A stretch of 64,000 nt of DNA from Eledone cirrhosa. Taxonomy: Eukaryota. Below, in pieces: positions 29,513-41,117 of this stretch. The stretch spans positions 208,382,001 to 208,446,000 of the forward strand of contig OZ024740.1 of the NCBI GenBank assembly GCA_964016885.1, given 5' to 3'. Each line of letters opens with the position of its first letter. Within the stretch, counting starts at the first letter, position 1. Below the pieces are notes generated by a model. That model was not told the origin of the DNA. It did not search any database and worked only from the letters and a program-made list of their open reading frames with translations. Made by a program: the position numbers and the translations under genes.

Positions 29513-29736
29513 TTCAACAGAAACTATAAAGCTCCTTTTATGTATACCATTAATTTATCAAAAGGCAAATTTCCCAACTTGTAGATCAAGGTATTAAATA
29601 CGTATTTAAAATGTTTAAAATGTTCGTTGATTGTTCATAGATATAGTAGTCCTGTATATAGAGTATACCAATCATGGACTCCAAAACTAAATACATTCAA
29701 GGCTATTGCCGTCATTATTGACAGCACGGGTTATAT

Positions 29737-29952
29737 AGTGGATTGGCAGTATCGGTAAAGGGACGGACGCCATGCTTTGCAGCATAGAGTTACGGCCCTC
29801 TATGATCTGAGTTCAAATCCCGCCGAGGTTAACTTTGCCTTTCATCCATACGGAGTCGATAAAATGAAGTACCAGTCACGCACTGGGGTCGATTTAATCG
29901 ACTTTCCCCTCCCCCAAAATTGCTGGCCTTGTGTCTATATAAGAAACGATTA
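29737..29952 (+). mobile_element. tRNA-SINE
   Basis: A/B boxes, family body. Confidence 0.9.
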
Positions 29953-30035
29953 TATAATATTTAATTACGAAATGAAATGAACATTTAGCGTAACGGTGCA
30001 TGTGTATTTTTAAGGGATGTGGTGACGCTACTGCA

Positions 30036-30326
30036 GAGGTTCTCAAACTTGTTGGGCCACCGCCTCCCTCACAGCCACGTAATACCCTCAGCGCCCCCAA
30101 CCCTATTTCCAGAAAGACCTGTCTATACGCAAATTTTAAATAATATATAATAAATAAAATCGTTAATTTATATATAATATATGTATAAATAAATATATAT
30201 TTTTTATTTGTATCATTTGATATATAATATACTATTATATCATCCCTTCCACCACCTCACCACCCCATCGACCTTCTCAACGCCCCCTCCACCTGTGTGT
30301 GGTAGCACCCACTTGGAGAACCTGCG
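30036..30326. mobile_element. hAT/Charlie-like MITE remnant
   Basis: Imperfect TIRs cagaggttctcaaac ... cttggagaacctgcg. Confidence 0.5.
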
Positions 30327-30454
30327 CTCTGCCGCAATACAATTGTCTCAGTTGTTACCATGAAGCAACAACCTATTTAGAAGATGTTTAATACCTTAAA
30401 CATATACATGGTTATTACTGGGTTTTTCTTTTTTTAATGCGAAGAATTACGTAC

Positions 30455-30643
30455 AAGGTGTTTTTGACTAAGTTCCTCAATCATAGACTTCAGGTACCAT
30501 ACTGTAGGGCAGCTACTTTTAACTGGGTGACGGAAGTTCCGGTTTAAATCACGTCCGACCAATGAGCATCGGTAGTTGCCGATTATGACGCCATCTGGAT
30601 TCAGCATAGGAACTATTTTGAAGATGAACTTCTTGCGGAGTTC
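30455..30643 (-). CDS. AGBL2: CCP exon ELRKKFIFKIVPMLNPDGVIIGNYRCSLVGRDLNRNF...KHL
   Basis: tttgtag| acceptor, |gtacgt donor, 189 nt phase 0 to 0, NPDG and DLNR motifs. Confidence 0.96.
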
Positions 30644-30698
30644 CTACAAAGATAGGATACAGTCAAACATAAAAGAATATTAATTTATACATTAATGC

Positions 30699-30743
<45 letters not shown>

Positions 30744-31516
30744 CATTTTATTAAGGCTAAATAGTGAGTCACTATTTAGCCGTAATAAAATGAATATTCA
30801 AACTCTATTTCGGTTTCGGTATTGAGTACTCTTTTCTCTCGTCAGTCAACTACATACGGATATGTATATACGTGTATGTGTGTGTATGTGTGCTGTATAT
30901 ATACATATATATGTGTGTGTGTGCTGTATATATATATAATATATAATATACTGTTAGCTGTATCATGCCTCCCTGTGCTGGCACGTAAATAAACCCCTCC
31001 TGTGTGAATTAATAGTATTCGTTTGGTTTAGACGATGGCCTGTAGAAGCTGGTTGACTTCCCGCTAGCACACTCGGAGCCTATCGCAGTTACGTTCCTAG
31101 AGTACTCGGAAAAATTAATTTCCATTTATTTCGCTAGACGATACCACTCGAAACTGACTGACACGTGGTTAGGAGGTGCTGGCTGGGTTTTACAATCGAA
31201 GGCTTTAATCTTTACTCTATATCCCACCTTGATAACTTATCGAGATTCCCTATAATACACTTAAACTTTTTCATATAAGACTCTCTCTGTAATTTCATTA
31301 AATAAATCTCGCAACACAAACCTTTAATTTTCTATTAATTTTCAAATAATTTAATTTCATCCTATAACTCTTAACATAATTTAACGTTCCAATTTTCTGT
31401 TCACACACTAGACCATACAGACACACATATATATAGATTTGTTAAAATATGGGTTCTTTAGAATAACATTTTTCGCGGCGTCTTCTAGCATGACTGTAGT
31501 GTGACCCTTACGCTGA

Positions 31517-31596
<80 letters not shown>

Positions 31597-32261
31597 TCTT
31601 TTTTTATTCTCTGACGGAGAGGTGGTAGTACATTATAAGCCTTCGCCGCCTCACCAGATGGTCATTAGTAGACCGACTTGCCATCACTTGAGGGCGACTG
31701 ACCGAGGTGAAAGCAGCTAGTTGGTTAGTCGTCCTCTCTATCTCTGATTTCGGACCCATGGATTTTATATATTCCTTTGTTATATTTCGAATACCTGATG
31801 ATATCACCGGATTCATATGGAACCCGGTCATTGAAATAAACTTTTCAAGGATTTACACCAGTTCAGCCTCCTGTTATTTTATTTATAATAATTAACTCCG
31901 TATTAGCACCACCAACTACACAAACGAAGACGGGTGAACTGCACTACGTTGAGTACTCTCCATAATATTACATCAAGATTGACCATACGGAATGACCAAT
32001 TCTATCCAGTGGTGAAGCAACAAACCTAAATACATATATATATGTTTGTATGTATATATACAAACATATATATGCGTGTTTGAGTACGTGTGCATGCGAG
32101 TGTATGCGTGTGTATACAATTTATGTTAGTCATTACAGCTATGTCCATTCTAGAGCACTACTTTATCGTTATATGTGTGTATATATCTGTATGTGTCTGC
32201 GATGTGTGTGTGTGTGTGTGCGCGCGCGCACTATGAAATGACCATTATGCTAAGTTCTTAC

Positions 32262-32386
32262 CTGTGCTGCAGTATGTTGACCAGTCAAAAAGTACAATAC
32301 ACCTCTCATCATCCAGCTTGACTGGGATTCTCCGGGATGGACACGTGCTGACAACACCACAGCTTCTTTTACTTCATCGCTGGTAT
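32262..32386 (-). CDS. AGBL2: CCP exon with zinc ligands (AVVLSARVHPGESQSSWMMRG)
   Basis: gcatag| acceptor, cag|gtaag donor, HxxE zinc-binding motif of M14 peptidases. Confidence 0.96.
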
Positions 32387-32398
32387 CTATGCACGAAT

Positions 32399-32454
<56 letters not shown>

Positions 32455-32965
32455 ATAAACAGTCTTATAAATAAATAGATACGACATACCTTTCAATCAC
32501 CTTGCATTTGTGAGGTTGATTTGGCAGTAAAAAATTGTGGACAGTTGTAAAAAGAAAGAGATAAAGAGAGAAAGAAAGAGAAACGAAGAGAAAAAGAAGA
32601 AATGTATGTGACTAAATAGAGGGATATAGAAAGATAGATAAAGAGAGGACCTTCATGTAAAGAAACAGAGAGAAATATATATAGAGAGAGGAAAAAAAAA
32701 GAAAGAGATAGATAGAGATAGATAGAGAAATTAGGAAGTTGAGTATCGGTTGATACATTTATTTATTTATTTATTTATTTAGCTCTAGTATTAATGTAAA
32801 GAGAGATGTATGTAGTTAAGAGAGAAAATAGCCGTTATATAGAGAGAAAAAAGAGAAAATGAAAAAGAGAGAGAGTGAAAAAGAGAGAGTGAAAAATCAA
32901 CCTCAAAATTGCAAGGTGATTGAAAGGTATGTCGTATCTATTTATTTATAAGACTGTTTATATTC

Positions 32966-33031
32966 TATTTTGTCTGAAGATGGCATAACATATTGTTAAT
33001 ATGATATCCCTGAAATATATATAACGAAATA
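32966..33031 (+). ncRNA. Minimal type I hammerhead ribozyme motif
   Basis: TATTTTGT-CTGAAGA-long stem II-GAAA-TATATA-TA-ACGAAATA; 8-bp stem I, palindromic stem III. Confidence 0.65.
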
Positions 33032-33161
33032 AATATGGTTTTATAAATATAGTTTCCATTTATTTAATATCATAAATATACTCCAAATACTTGTTGAGTG
33101 CTTTTATATCAGTTATAAATATTTACTCGTTGTTAACCCAACAATTTAAATATAACTTTCC

Positions 33162-33253
<92 letters not shown>

Positions 33254-33655
33254 AATAAAAATAACAACACAATTGGTACAGTATATGGAAGGAATATATT
33301 AGGTTAACGCTTGAAATAGTAGGAAGAGGGTCTTAACGTTTCGAACGCTAGTCCTTCGTCACAGGAAAGAATGAGAAATTAGAAAGATTGAAGGGACGGG
33401 TGGATATGTATATATGTATGAGTTATATCGTAATGGTGAAGAGGGTAAACACATGTTATTCTTATAAAAGATATATTATTAGGGACTGAGTAGTGATTAG
33501 CTTATGAAAAGGAAAATTTCATATTGTTCACGATGGTGTTTTGAACTCGTACCGAAGCAATTTGATTTCGCCCCTGTATCTAGAACCCGTGATACATTAC
33601 TTCGCGTGGCTGACATAGCAGCAGCAGTAAAGGAGAGCCACACACACAGAAAATG

Positions 33656-33750
<95 letters not shown>

Positions 33751-33755
33751 CTTAC

Positions 33756-33939
33756 CAAAGTCGGTTATAGTTAAGAGGAAACAAGAATTGCCAGCTCTTG
33801 TTTCACATAAAACTTCACGTTTTAACCATTGACTTGTGGAAGGATTTGTTATGAGATCATCCAGGTCATCTTTGAGGTCAGTGAATGTATATGGGTAGCA
33901 GTGGGCCAGGTAATATCGACTGTTGCCATAGGGGAACTC
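33756..33939 (-). CDS. AGBL2: CCP exon EFPYGNSRYYLAHCYPYTFTDL...LLTITDF
   Basis: acccag| acceptor, |gtaagt donor, AHCYPYT motif, phase 0 to 1. Confidence 0.95.
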
Positions 33940-33982
33940 CTGGGTAGATAAATGATGACAAATTTAACAATAATAGTAGTTA

Positions 33983-34057
<75 letters not shown>

Positions 34058-34200
34058 AAGAAGAAGACGAAGAAGAAGAAGAAGAAGAAGAAGAAGAAGA
34101 AGAAGAAGAAGAAGAAGAAGAAACCTTTGACACTATATATAGAGATAGATAGATAGATAGATAGATAGAATGAAACAGTTCTAGTCCTGTAGAAGCCATC

Positions 34201-34292
<92 letters not shown>

Positions 34293-34293
34293 C

Positions 34294-34336
<43 letters not shown>

Positions 34337-34401
34337 GAGAGAGAGTGAGAGAGAGAGAGAAAGTTCGTATAAGAATCTAAAAATCAATTAGAAGGAATTA
34401 C

Positions 34402-34480
34402 CATCTGCCATTCCAGCATGAAATACGGAATTCCTCTAGTTAGCAGTGGACATTGTAAATTGGTCATGTTCCGGCTGTAC
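34402..34480 (-). CDS. AGBL2: CCP exon YSRNMTNLQCPLLTRGIPYFMLEWQM
   Basis: ttgtag| acceptor, |gtaatt donor, phase 2 to 0. Confidence 0.88.
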
Positions 34481-34665
34481 CTACAATATAAGAACAAAAT
34501 ATTTCACCAAAGATTGTGTTTCTCCAATGATCTATTCTATCAATTGTTATATTTGTTTACACCCTTACATATAAAACCCTCGCCGTCCCATGTCTTGTAA
34601 TGCCCCGTTTCTTGTGCGCCCTTGTGACAAATAAAGACATATGATGATAATTTTGAAATATTTAC

Positions 34666-34744
34666 AAAATATGATGCCCAGTCCTCATCCAACCAACAGC
34701 GTTCCTCTTGAATTCTTCTTTTGAATAAATCAAGGGGCGCATCC
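34666..34744 (-). CDS. AGBL2: CCP exon GMRPLIYSKEEFKRNAVGWMRTGHHI
   Basis: tgaaag| acceptor, |gtaaat donor, phase 1 to 2, GMRPL..S...GW.R motif. Confidence 0.92.
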
Positions 34745-34825
34745 CTTTCAAATAAAAGAAAAAAATAAACCATTATAACTTGATTGATAAACTATGGATT
34801 TGATATAATTTATGTCAGATATTGA

Positions 34826-35030
34826 GGCGGTGAATTGGCAGAGTCGATAGAACGTCGGATAGCATGCTTTACGGTATTCATTTTGGCCTGCTGCTCTCTG
34901 AGTTCAAATCCCGCCGAGGTCAATTTTACTTTTCATCCATTCCAGCCGATAAAAATGTTCAAGTCAAGTACTGGCTGGTGTCGATTCTTCCTCTATATCT
35001 CTTTCTCGCTGCCATTCTCTCACTTTCTCC

Positions 35031-35080
<50 letters not shown>

Positions 35081-35690
35081 TTCTCTGGAAGAAATCTGCT
35101 GTATACAGACCTGGAGATGATAGGGCCCCGCCAGGTTTTAAAAAATGCCCTAGATGCGCCGTATGTCAATACGGTGCCCCAAAGACACACTCTGGAGTTA
35201 CGGGACCATTCATGCATATTAGATATTATAAACAGCAATACATATATACATATATATATATCAAGGGGTTCACTTGAGGTTCTCGAACAAGGCACTGTTA
35301 TTTGCCAGACAACTGTATTAACGATTAAACTACAAAACGCAGGTTGAGTTGCCGATGATCTCATAAAATAGTAGAGATGAAATTTTACGAGCACGTAACT
35401 CATGGAGTCGTAGGGACGCTGTAGTGACACACGGTGATTTCTAAACTTTAAACCTATTGGAGCTCACCCATCTTCAGGTCTGAACAGCCGATTTCTTCCA
35501 GAGAAGAAGACAATGATAGAGAGGAAGTAAGAAGAAAATATAGAGGAAAAATCGACCGTGGTACTGGTACGCTTTTATCGACCTAGAAATGATGAAAGGT
35601 GCAGTTGACTACGACGAGATTTGAACACAGAACTCAAAGAGCCACATTGAATACGGTAAAGCATACTATCTAGTTGCCAATTTGCCGCCT
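34826..35690. mobile_element. SINE-headed inverted pair with ~300-380 bp diverged arms
   Basis: Arm = tRNA-SINE head + ccttctctggaagaaatc...cagacctg...gagttacg; (+) 34826-35205 and (-) 35390-35690. Confidence 0.7.
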
Positions 35691-36012
35691 AGCGTTAAGA
35701 TTACGAGATAAAATATTTGAATATGACCTAATTTGAAAAGAAAGATTCTTCTCAATAAACGATATATACGTGGTTTGATTCTCATCAATGAGTCTGTTGA
35801 TATATTTCTATCTAACGTTGATGTAAAACCATTTTTAGTTTCGCTCTAACTTAGAGAAGAGATATACACAATCTTGACTCAGAAACAATATTATTGTCGA
35901 TTGTTTCTCTCTGCCACTGCTAGAACAAAAGGATGACGATCGTCGTCTAAAATACATAGCGTAATGAGGCTGTTTGTTTGCAAACGAATCGAATATTATT
36001 ATTATTCTATAT

Positions 36013-36388
36013 GGTGGTGGATTGGCAGTATCGGTAGAGGGTCGGACGCCATGCTTTCCAGCATAGTTACGTCCCTTTACGATCTGAGTTCAAATCCCGC
36101 CGAGGTTGACTTTGCCTTTCATCCTTACGGGGTCGATAAAATAAAGTACCAGTAATGCACTGGGTAATTGCTGGCCTTGTGCCAAACGTAGAAACAATTA
36201 TTATTCTATATTGGCAGTATCAGTAAAGGGTTCGACTCCATACTTTGCTGCATAGAGTTACGGTCCTTTACGGTCTGAGTTCAAATCCTGCCGTGGTTAA
36301 CTTTGCTTAACTCATCCATACGGTTACTAGTAATGTACTGAGGTAATTGCTGGCCTTGTGCCAAAAGTAGAAACAATTATTATTCCAT
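36013..36388 (+). mobile_element. Two tandem tRNA-SINEs
   Basis: Two A/B-box units separated by ttattattctatat. Confidence 0.88.
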
Positions 36389-36695
36389 ATAAAACACACG
36401 AATGTATTGATGTAATACCATTTAAAAAAAAAAAGGATACACATTTATTTTTTTTTTAAGAGAGACATTGGCAAACTATTCTTAGTGTAAAATAACTTGT
36501 GTGAAAACTCTACTGCAAATATGGTGGATAATACCTTAAATATCGCTAGGTTATGATAAAATATAATTTAAAAATACATTCCCTCAAACATCTGAAATCA
36601 CCTCTGCTCCCTGTACATAAACTTTACTTTATTTTAAGACTTTAAAAATGTAGACAGACATGACCAAAATATTTATATCTAAAGCATCTACTTAC

Positions 36696-36850
36696 CGTAG
36701 TTATAAAGACTGTCCTTTTTCAGTAAATTTACTATACGGAACTTGTAAGCTATTCCTGGTAGAGTATTCTCGACACGAAAGAAATACCATTGTGTGTGAC
36801 GATTAGTATAAAGATCTGACTTTAAAACAAGATCATATTCGAACTGACCT
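36696..36850 (-). CDS. AGBL2: CCP exon GQFEYDLVLKSDLYTNRHTQWYFFRVEN...SLYNY
   Basis: ttttaccag| acceptor, |gtaagt donor, phase 2 to 1, conserved QW(F/Y)xF motif. Confidence 0.95.
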
Positions 36851-37097
36851 CTGGTAAAATAGGAAACAGAAAATAGAAAACAGAGAAAACTAGAAAATGT
36901 GGCCAATGAGGAAAATCTATATGTAAATATATATAAATATATATATTATAATAAAATATAAAAGAAAAACGAACACAGATATATACATATATGTGTTCAA
37001 ATCGTAAGGGACCAAACTCAATTTATACCTTTGATAAATATATATATGCGTGTGTGTGTGTGTGTGTATGCGTTTGTGTGTGTGTATATATAGGTGT

Positions 37098-37225
<128 letters not shown>

Positions 37226-37329
37226 ATATGTATGTATATGTATGTATATATATATAATGATACTATTTATAGTTATGTATATACTATAAACAACTATAAA
37301 CAGGAAAGGTCAGTAATTCATTACTACCT

Positions 37330-38530
37330 TATTACCAGTAAAAGAAATAGCTCAATGTAAGAACATCAGGTGTTTTACAGAGCAGGAATATAAATTACAC
37401 AATTATCAAAGTTATGTTCAAATCATTTAATTGCTGACAATCGTTTCTTCCAAACTTTCGTTTGGTGTCATCGGACCATTATCAATGTTTGTACATATAA
37501 TTAACCTCCTATTCAACTGAACAATCATATAGGATACATATATATTGATGTTGTGAACAACAGTTTCGTATTTACAGGGTGGAATAGATGCGACATATAT
37601 TATACGAGAATTGTACCATAATTCAAATTAAAATTAAAAGCACAGAGTGGAATACATGCAGCAGATAATACAAGGGAATAGTCTAATAATTAAAGAGGCA
37701 TTGAGGAAGAATGAGGACACTAGCAGTACATATGCAAGCGTGTAGAGAGTGCACATGTGTTAGTCATATATATGAAGGAAACAAGCAAAGGTATTAGGCA
37801 TATATAAATACTGTATGGCAAAGGTATCACGTAAAATAACACAGGTATACAAGCATATCAAGCAAAGATGTTAGTATTAAAATTATGGTGGATGTAATGT
37901 GATGATAGTTTGTGTAGTGTTCAAATGTGTATGTGTTGAGAGTATTAAAGTTATTGTTATCTTTTCCATTACATATGTTTAATTATATTTTAGTTAATGT
38001 TTATATTGAATGTTTTAGTTAGTTATAGCAATGGATTGTAAATTGATCTTATTGTTGGTCTTATTGTATTCTTATCCCTGGATTAGAGTTGTTCTACAGT
38101 GATTTTTTTCTAACGGTTTAATTTCCGGAAGTGAGTATGAGATCCAAAATTAAGGGGAGCTAATGCGTAAGGAGAGGTAACTAGCTAATTAAAGTAAATT
38201 AAATTATATAGGAAAGTATCAATTATTTAAATTCTTTGCTCTAATATACATTATATTGTGTTACAAGTGAATCCCTTCTATATAATGTTATTTATTTATA
38301 TTTAATTTTAAATACAGTCTATTTTCCTATAAGACATTAAAGGTCTCATTACATTGTTATCTATCCATTACTGGACATGATATAAGTTATGGAAAAATGT
38401 ATAGCTGTTTACAGGTCCAAATAGTTAAATCTCTTGTGTTGTTAAAAGTTAATCCCTTATATACAATGCTATTAATTTATATATTTAATTATAAATGTAT
38501 ATATAATTTATTATCACATATTACATTAAA
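37330..38530 (-). mobile_element. Highly decayed Penelope-like element (RT remnant plus hammerhead remnant)
   Basis: Minus strand SLPEIK...IRPTIRSIYNP near 38030-38140 resembles the PLE LPKIHK...RPI motif; ccGATGA..CCAAAC-GAAA-GTTTGG..GAAAC-GATT-GTC at ~37432-37478. Confidence 0.4.
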
Positions 38531-38536
38531 TGTCTT

Positions 38537-38940
38537 GAATTGGCAGTATCGGAAGAGGGTCGGACGCCATGCTTTGACGCATAAAGTTACGGCCCTTGCC
38601 ATTCTGAGTTCAAATCCCGCCGAGGTTAACTTTGCCTTTCATCCTTTCGGGGTCGATGAAATAAAGTACCAGTAATGTACTGGGTAATTGCTGGCCTTGT
38701 GCCAATAGTAGAAACAATTATATATCCATTATTGTATATAATACACGTGCGGTGAATTGGCAGTATCGGTAGAGGGTCGGTCACCATGCTTTGACGCACA
38801 GAGTTACGGCCCTTGCCATTCTGAGTTCAAATCCCTCCGAGGTTGACTTTGCCTTTCAACTTACAGGGTCGATAAAATAAAGTACGAGTAATACACTGGA
38901 TAATTGCTGGCCTTGTGCCTAAAGTAGAAACAATTATTGT
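38537..38940 (+). mobile_element. Two adjacent tRNA-SINEs
   Basis: A/B boxes; the second is flanked by an attattgtatataata duplication. Confidence 0.88.
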
Positions 38941-39209
38941 ATATAATATAAGTAAGCTATAGTAGTTATATTAAAAGGTGGTAACTTTATGTTTATTTCT
39001 AATAGTTATTGTAGAGTATAAGGTTTGAGATAAATAGGAGTTATGTAGAGGAAAGAGCTGATCAAAGATTGTGATGCTGTGGGGGGCTGATAAGTCCTAG
39101 AGGTGAAGTATTAATGGTGGTGAGGAATTCAAATGTGACATTGTTATATACTAGCAGCTAGGTTTAAAGTTATGGAACGAGTGTCGGTAGTGGTGCTGGC
39201 ATGAGGAAA

Positions 39210-39247
<38 letters not shown>

Positions 39248-39261
39248 CGACACTATGCATG

Positions 39262-39308
<47 letters not shown>

Positions 39309-39372
39309 TGAGAGAAAGAAAGAGATACATATGCCAAATCCAGACCGCGATACCATGCATGTATATATATAT

Positions 39373-39521
39373 ACTAGCTGAGGTACCCAGCTTCGCCAAG
39401 GTTAACAAATGATAAGAGAAGACCGGCAGAAGAGAAAACATCTGTATTGAATGCATTGTCTTGTTTACAGTGTGTGTGTATTGTGTGTGTGTGTGTGTGC
39501 GTGTGTGTGTGTGTGTGTGCA

Positions 39522-39600
<79 letters not shown>

Positions 39601-39850
39601 GTGTGTGTGTGTATGTGTGAGTGTTCGTGCGTGTGTGTAAACCACCGTTGGAATCGGAGACATAGGCAGCGAAACACGATCATCACTGACAACGAACTCG
39701 CAGAGAGAATCGCTTATGGTTGATTCCTAGAAATAGCAGTCAGCATACGTGCTATGTCTTTCTTCTTTGTTGTTATAAAATTAGTATCAATAAACTTTCC
39801 TGGATATACTCTTATCCCAATCCTGTACATACTTTCCGATTGTCACTTTA
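39373..39850 (-). mobile_element. Possible non-autonomous Helitron
   Basis: Minus-strand 3' end ccttggcgaagctggg...CTAG followed by TA repeat; 5' boundary uncertain. Confidence 0.4.
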
Positions 39851-40010
39851 TGTTTCTTTATTTTTTCCTTTTTTTCTTTTTGTAGAAGAAGAAGAAGAAG
39901 AACAACAACAACAACAACAACAACAATCAAGACAGAAACCGAGAAAACTGGAAGTGTGTGACGTTGTGTGTCTTGCGTTAATAATTGAATAAATAGAAAG
40001 CTTTACTTAC

Positions 40011-40203
40011 ACCCGTCGAACTTGTCGTAAATTTCCACTTTCAAATCTCGACTCAAACACCAACGAGGGAACACAGTCATCAGATGATGGCACTGGATAA
40101 TTACACGTTGACGTTCTTTCTGAGTCATACACAACTACTTGTCGGAACCACTTCGTGTGACCTTTATACGGAGTGGTTTGTGTCTCGATGGTTTGGGTTG
40201 GCA
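40011..40203 (-). CDS. AGBL2: CCP exon PTQTIET...VFESRFESGNLRQVRRV
   Basis: ctacctag| acceptor, |gtaagt donor, FESGNL motif of the CCP N-domain. Confidence 0.92.
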
Positions 40204-40244
40204 CTAGGTAGAAATAGAAATGGAGGAAAAAGTGTTCTTATAAA

Positions 40245-40463
40245 GGAGTGGTATTATCGGTAGAGCGTCAGACACAATGCTTTGCGGCATAGAGTTATGG
40301 CCCTTTACGTTCTGAGTAAAAATCCCGCCGAGGTTAACTTGACCGTTCATCCTTACGGGGTCTATGAAATAAAGCACCAGTAATGCACTGGGATCGATTT
40401 AATCGACTTTCCCCTTCCTCAGAATTGTTGGCCTTGTGCCGATAGCAGAAATTATTATAAAGG
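40245..40463 (+). mobile_element. tRNA-SINE with ttataaagga TSD
   Basis: Family body and tail. Confidence 0.85.
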
Positions 40464-40618
40464 ACTAGAACAAGGTTCTCCCTCCCCATTCGCTCCTCCC
40501 CATCCACCTCCTCCTACAGATCTCTACATTATTAACTCTAACCTTTGTAGAGTCTTAAGCCTGCAATAAACATAACAAGTTATCTCCCTCCTCCTCTCAA
40601 CTTAAAAGAAGAGATTAC

Positions 40619-40641
40619 CTTCCCTGTTCACAGCTACAGTC
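40619..40641 (-). CDS. Candidate 23-nt microexon of the CCP gene (xTVAVNRE)
   Basis: Pyrimidine tract then ...gtatatag|GACTGTAGCTGTGAACAGGGAAG|gtaatc. It has a stop-free frame that ends in phase 1, matching the exon at 40203. No homology support visible. Confidence 0.45.
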
Positions 40642-40789
40642 CTATATACATATAAGTATGTCGGACAGACAAAAAGAAAAAACGACTCTTTTTATATAAT
40701 ATAAATTTGTATTACAGTGAGATGAAATTTAAATTTACGTTGGGGGTTCAATCGAACATTTGAAACACTAACTATACAGTGGAGACGGT

Positions 40790-41075
40790 TGCTTCTGACA
40801 GGACCCTCTCTGAGTTCAAATCCCGCCGAGGTCAACTTTACCTTACATCTATTAATGGTCGATACAAAAGGTACCAGTCCAATCAAGTACTGGGGTCGAT
40901 TCTTCCTTAAAATCACTTTCTCAATTCCTTTCTCTCACTCCCGCTATCCTTCTCTGGAATAAATCTACTGTATTCAAGACTATAGAGGCGATGGGTTCTG
41001 CCAGGATTTTAAAAATGCCCTAAAAACGCCGTATCTCAATATGGTGTCCTTGCGATTCCTCGGGAGATACGGGTC
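40790..41075 (+). mobile_element. Another copy of the SINE-headed arm seen at 34826-35205
   Basis: gagttcaaatcccgcc...ccttctctggaataaatc...aaaaatgccct...cgccgtat. Confidence 0.7.
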
Positions 41076-41117
41076 TATACCATACCATAACATAATTTCA
41101 TTGCGGAAGTAACTACC

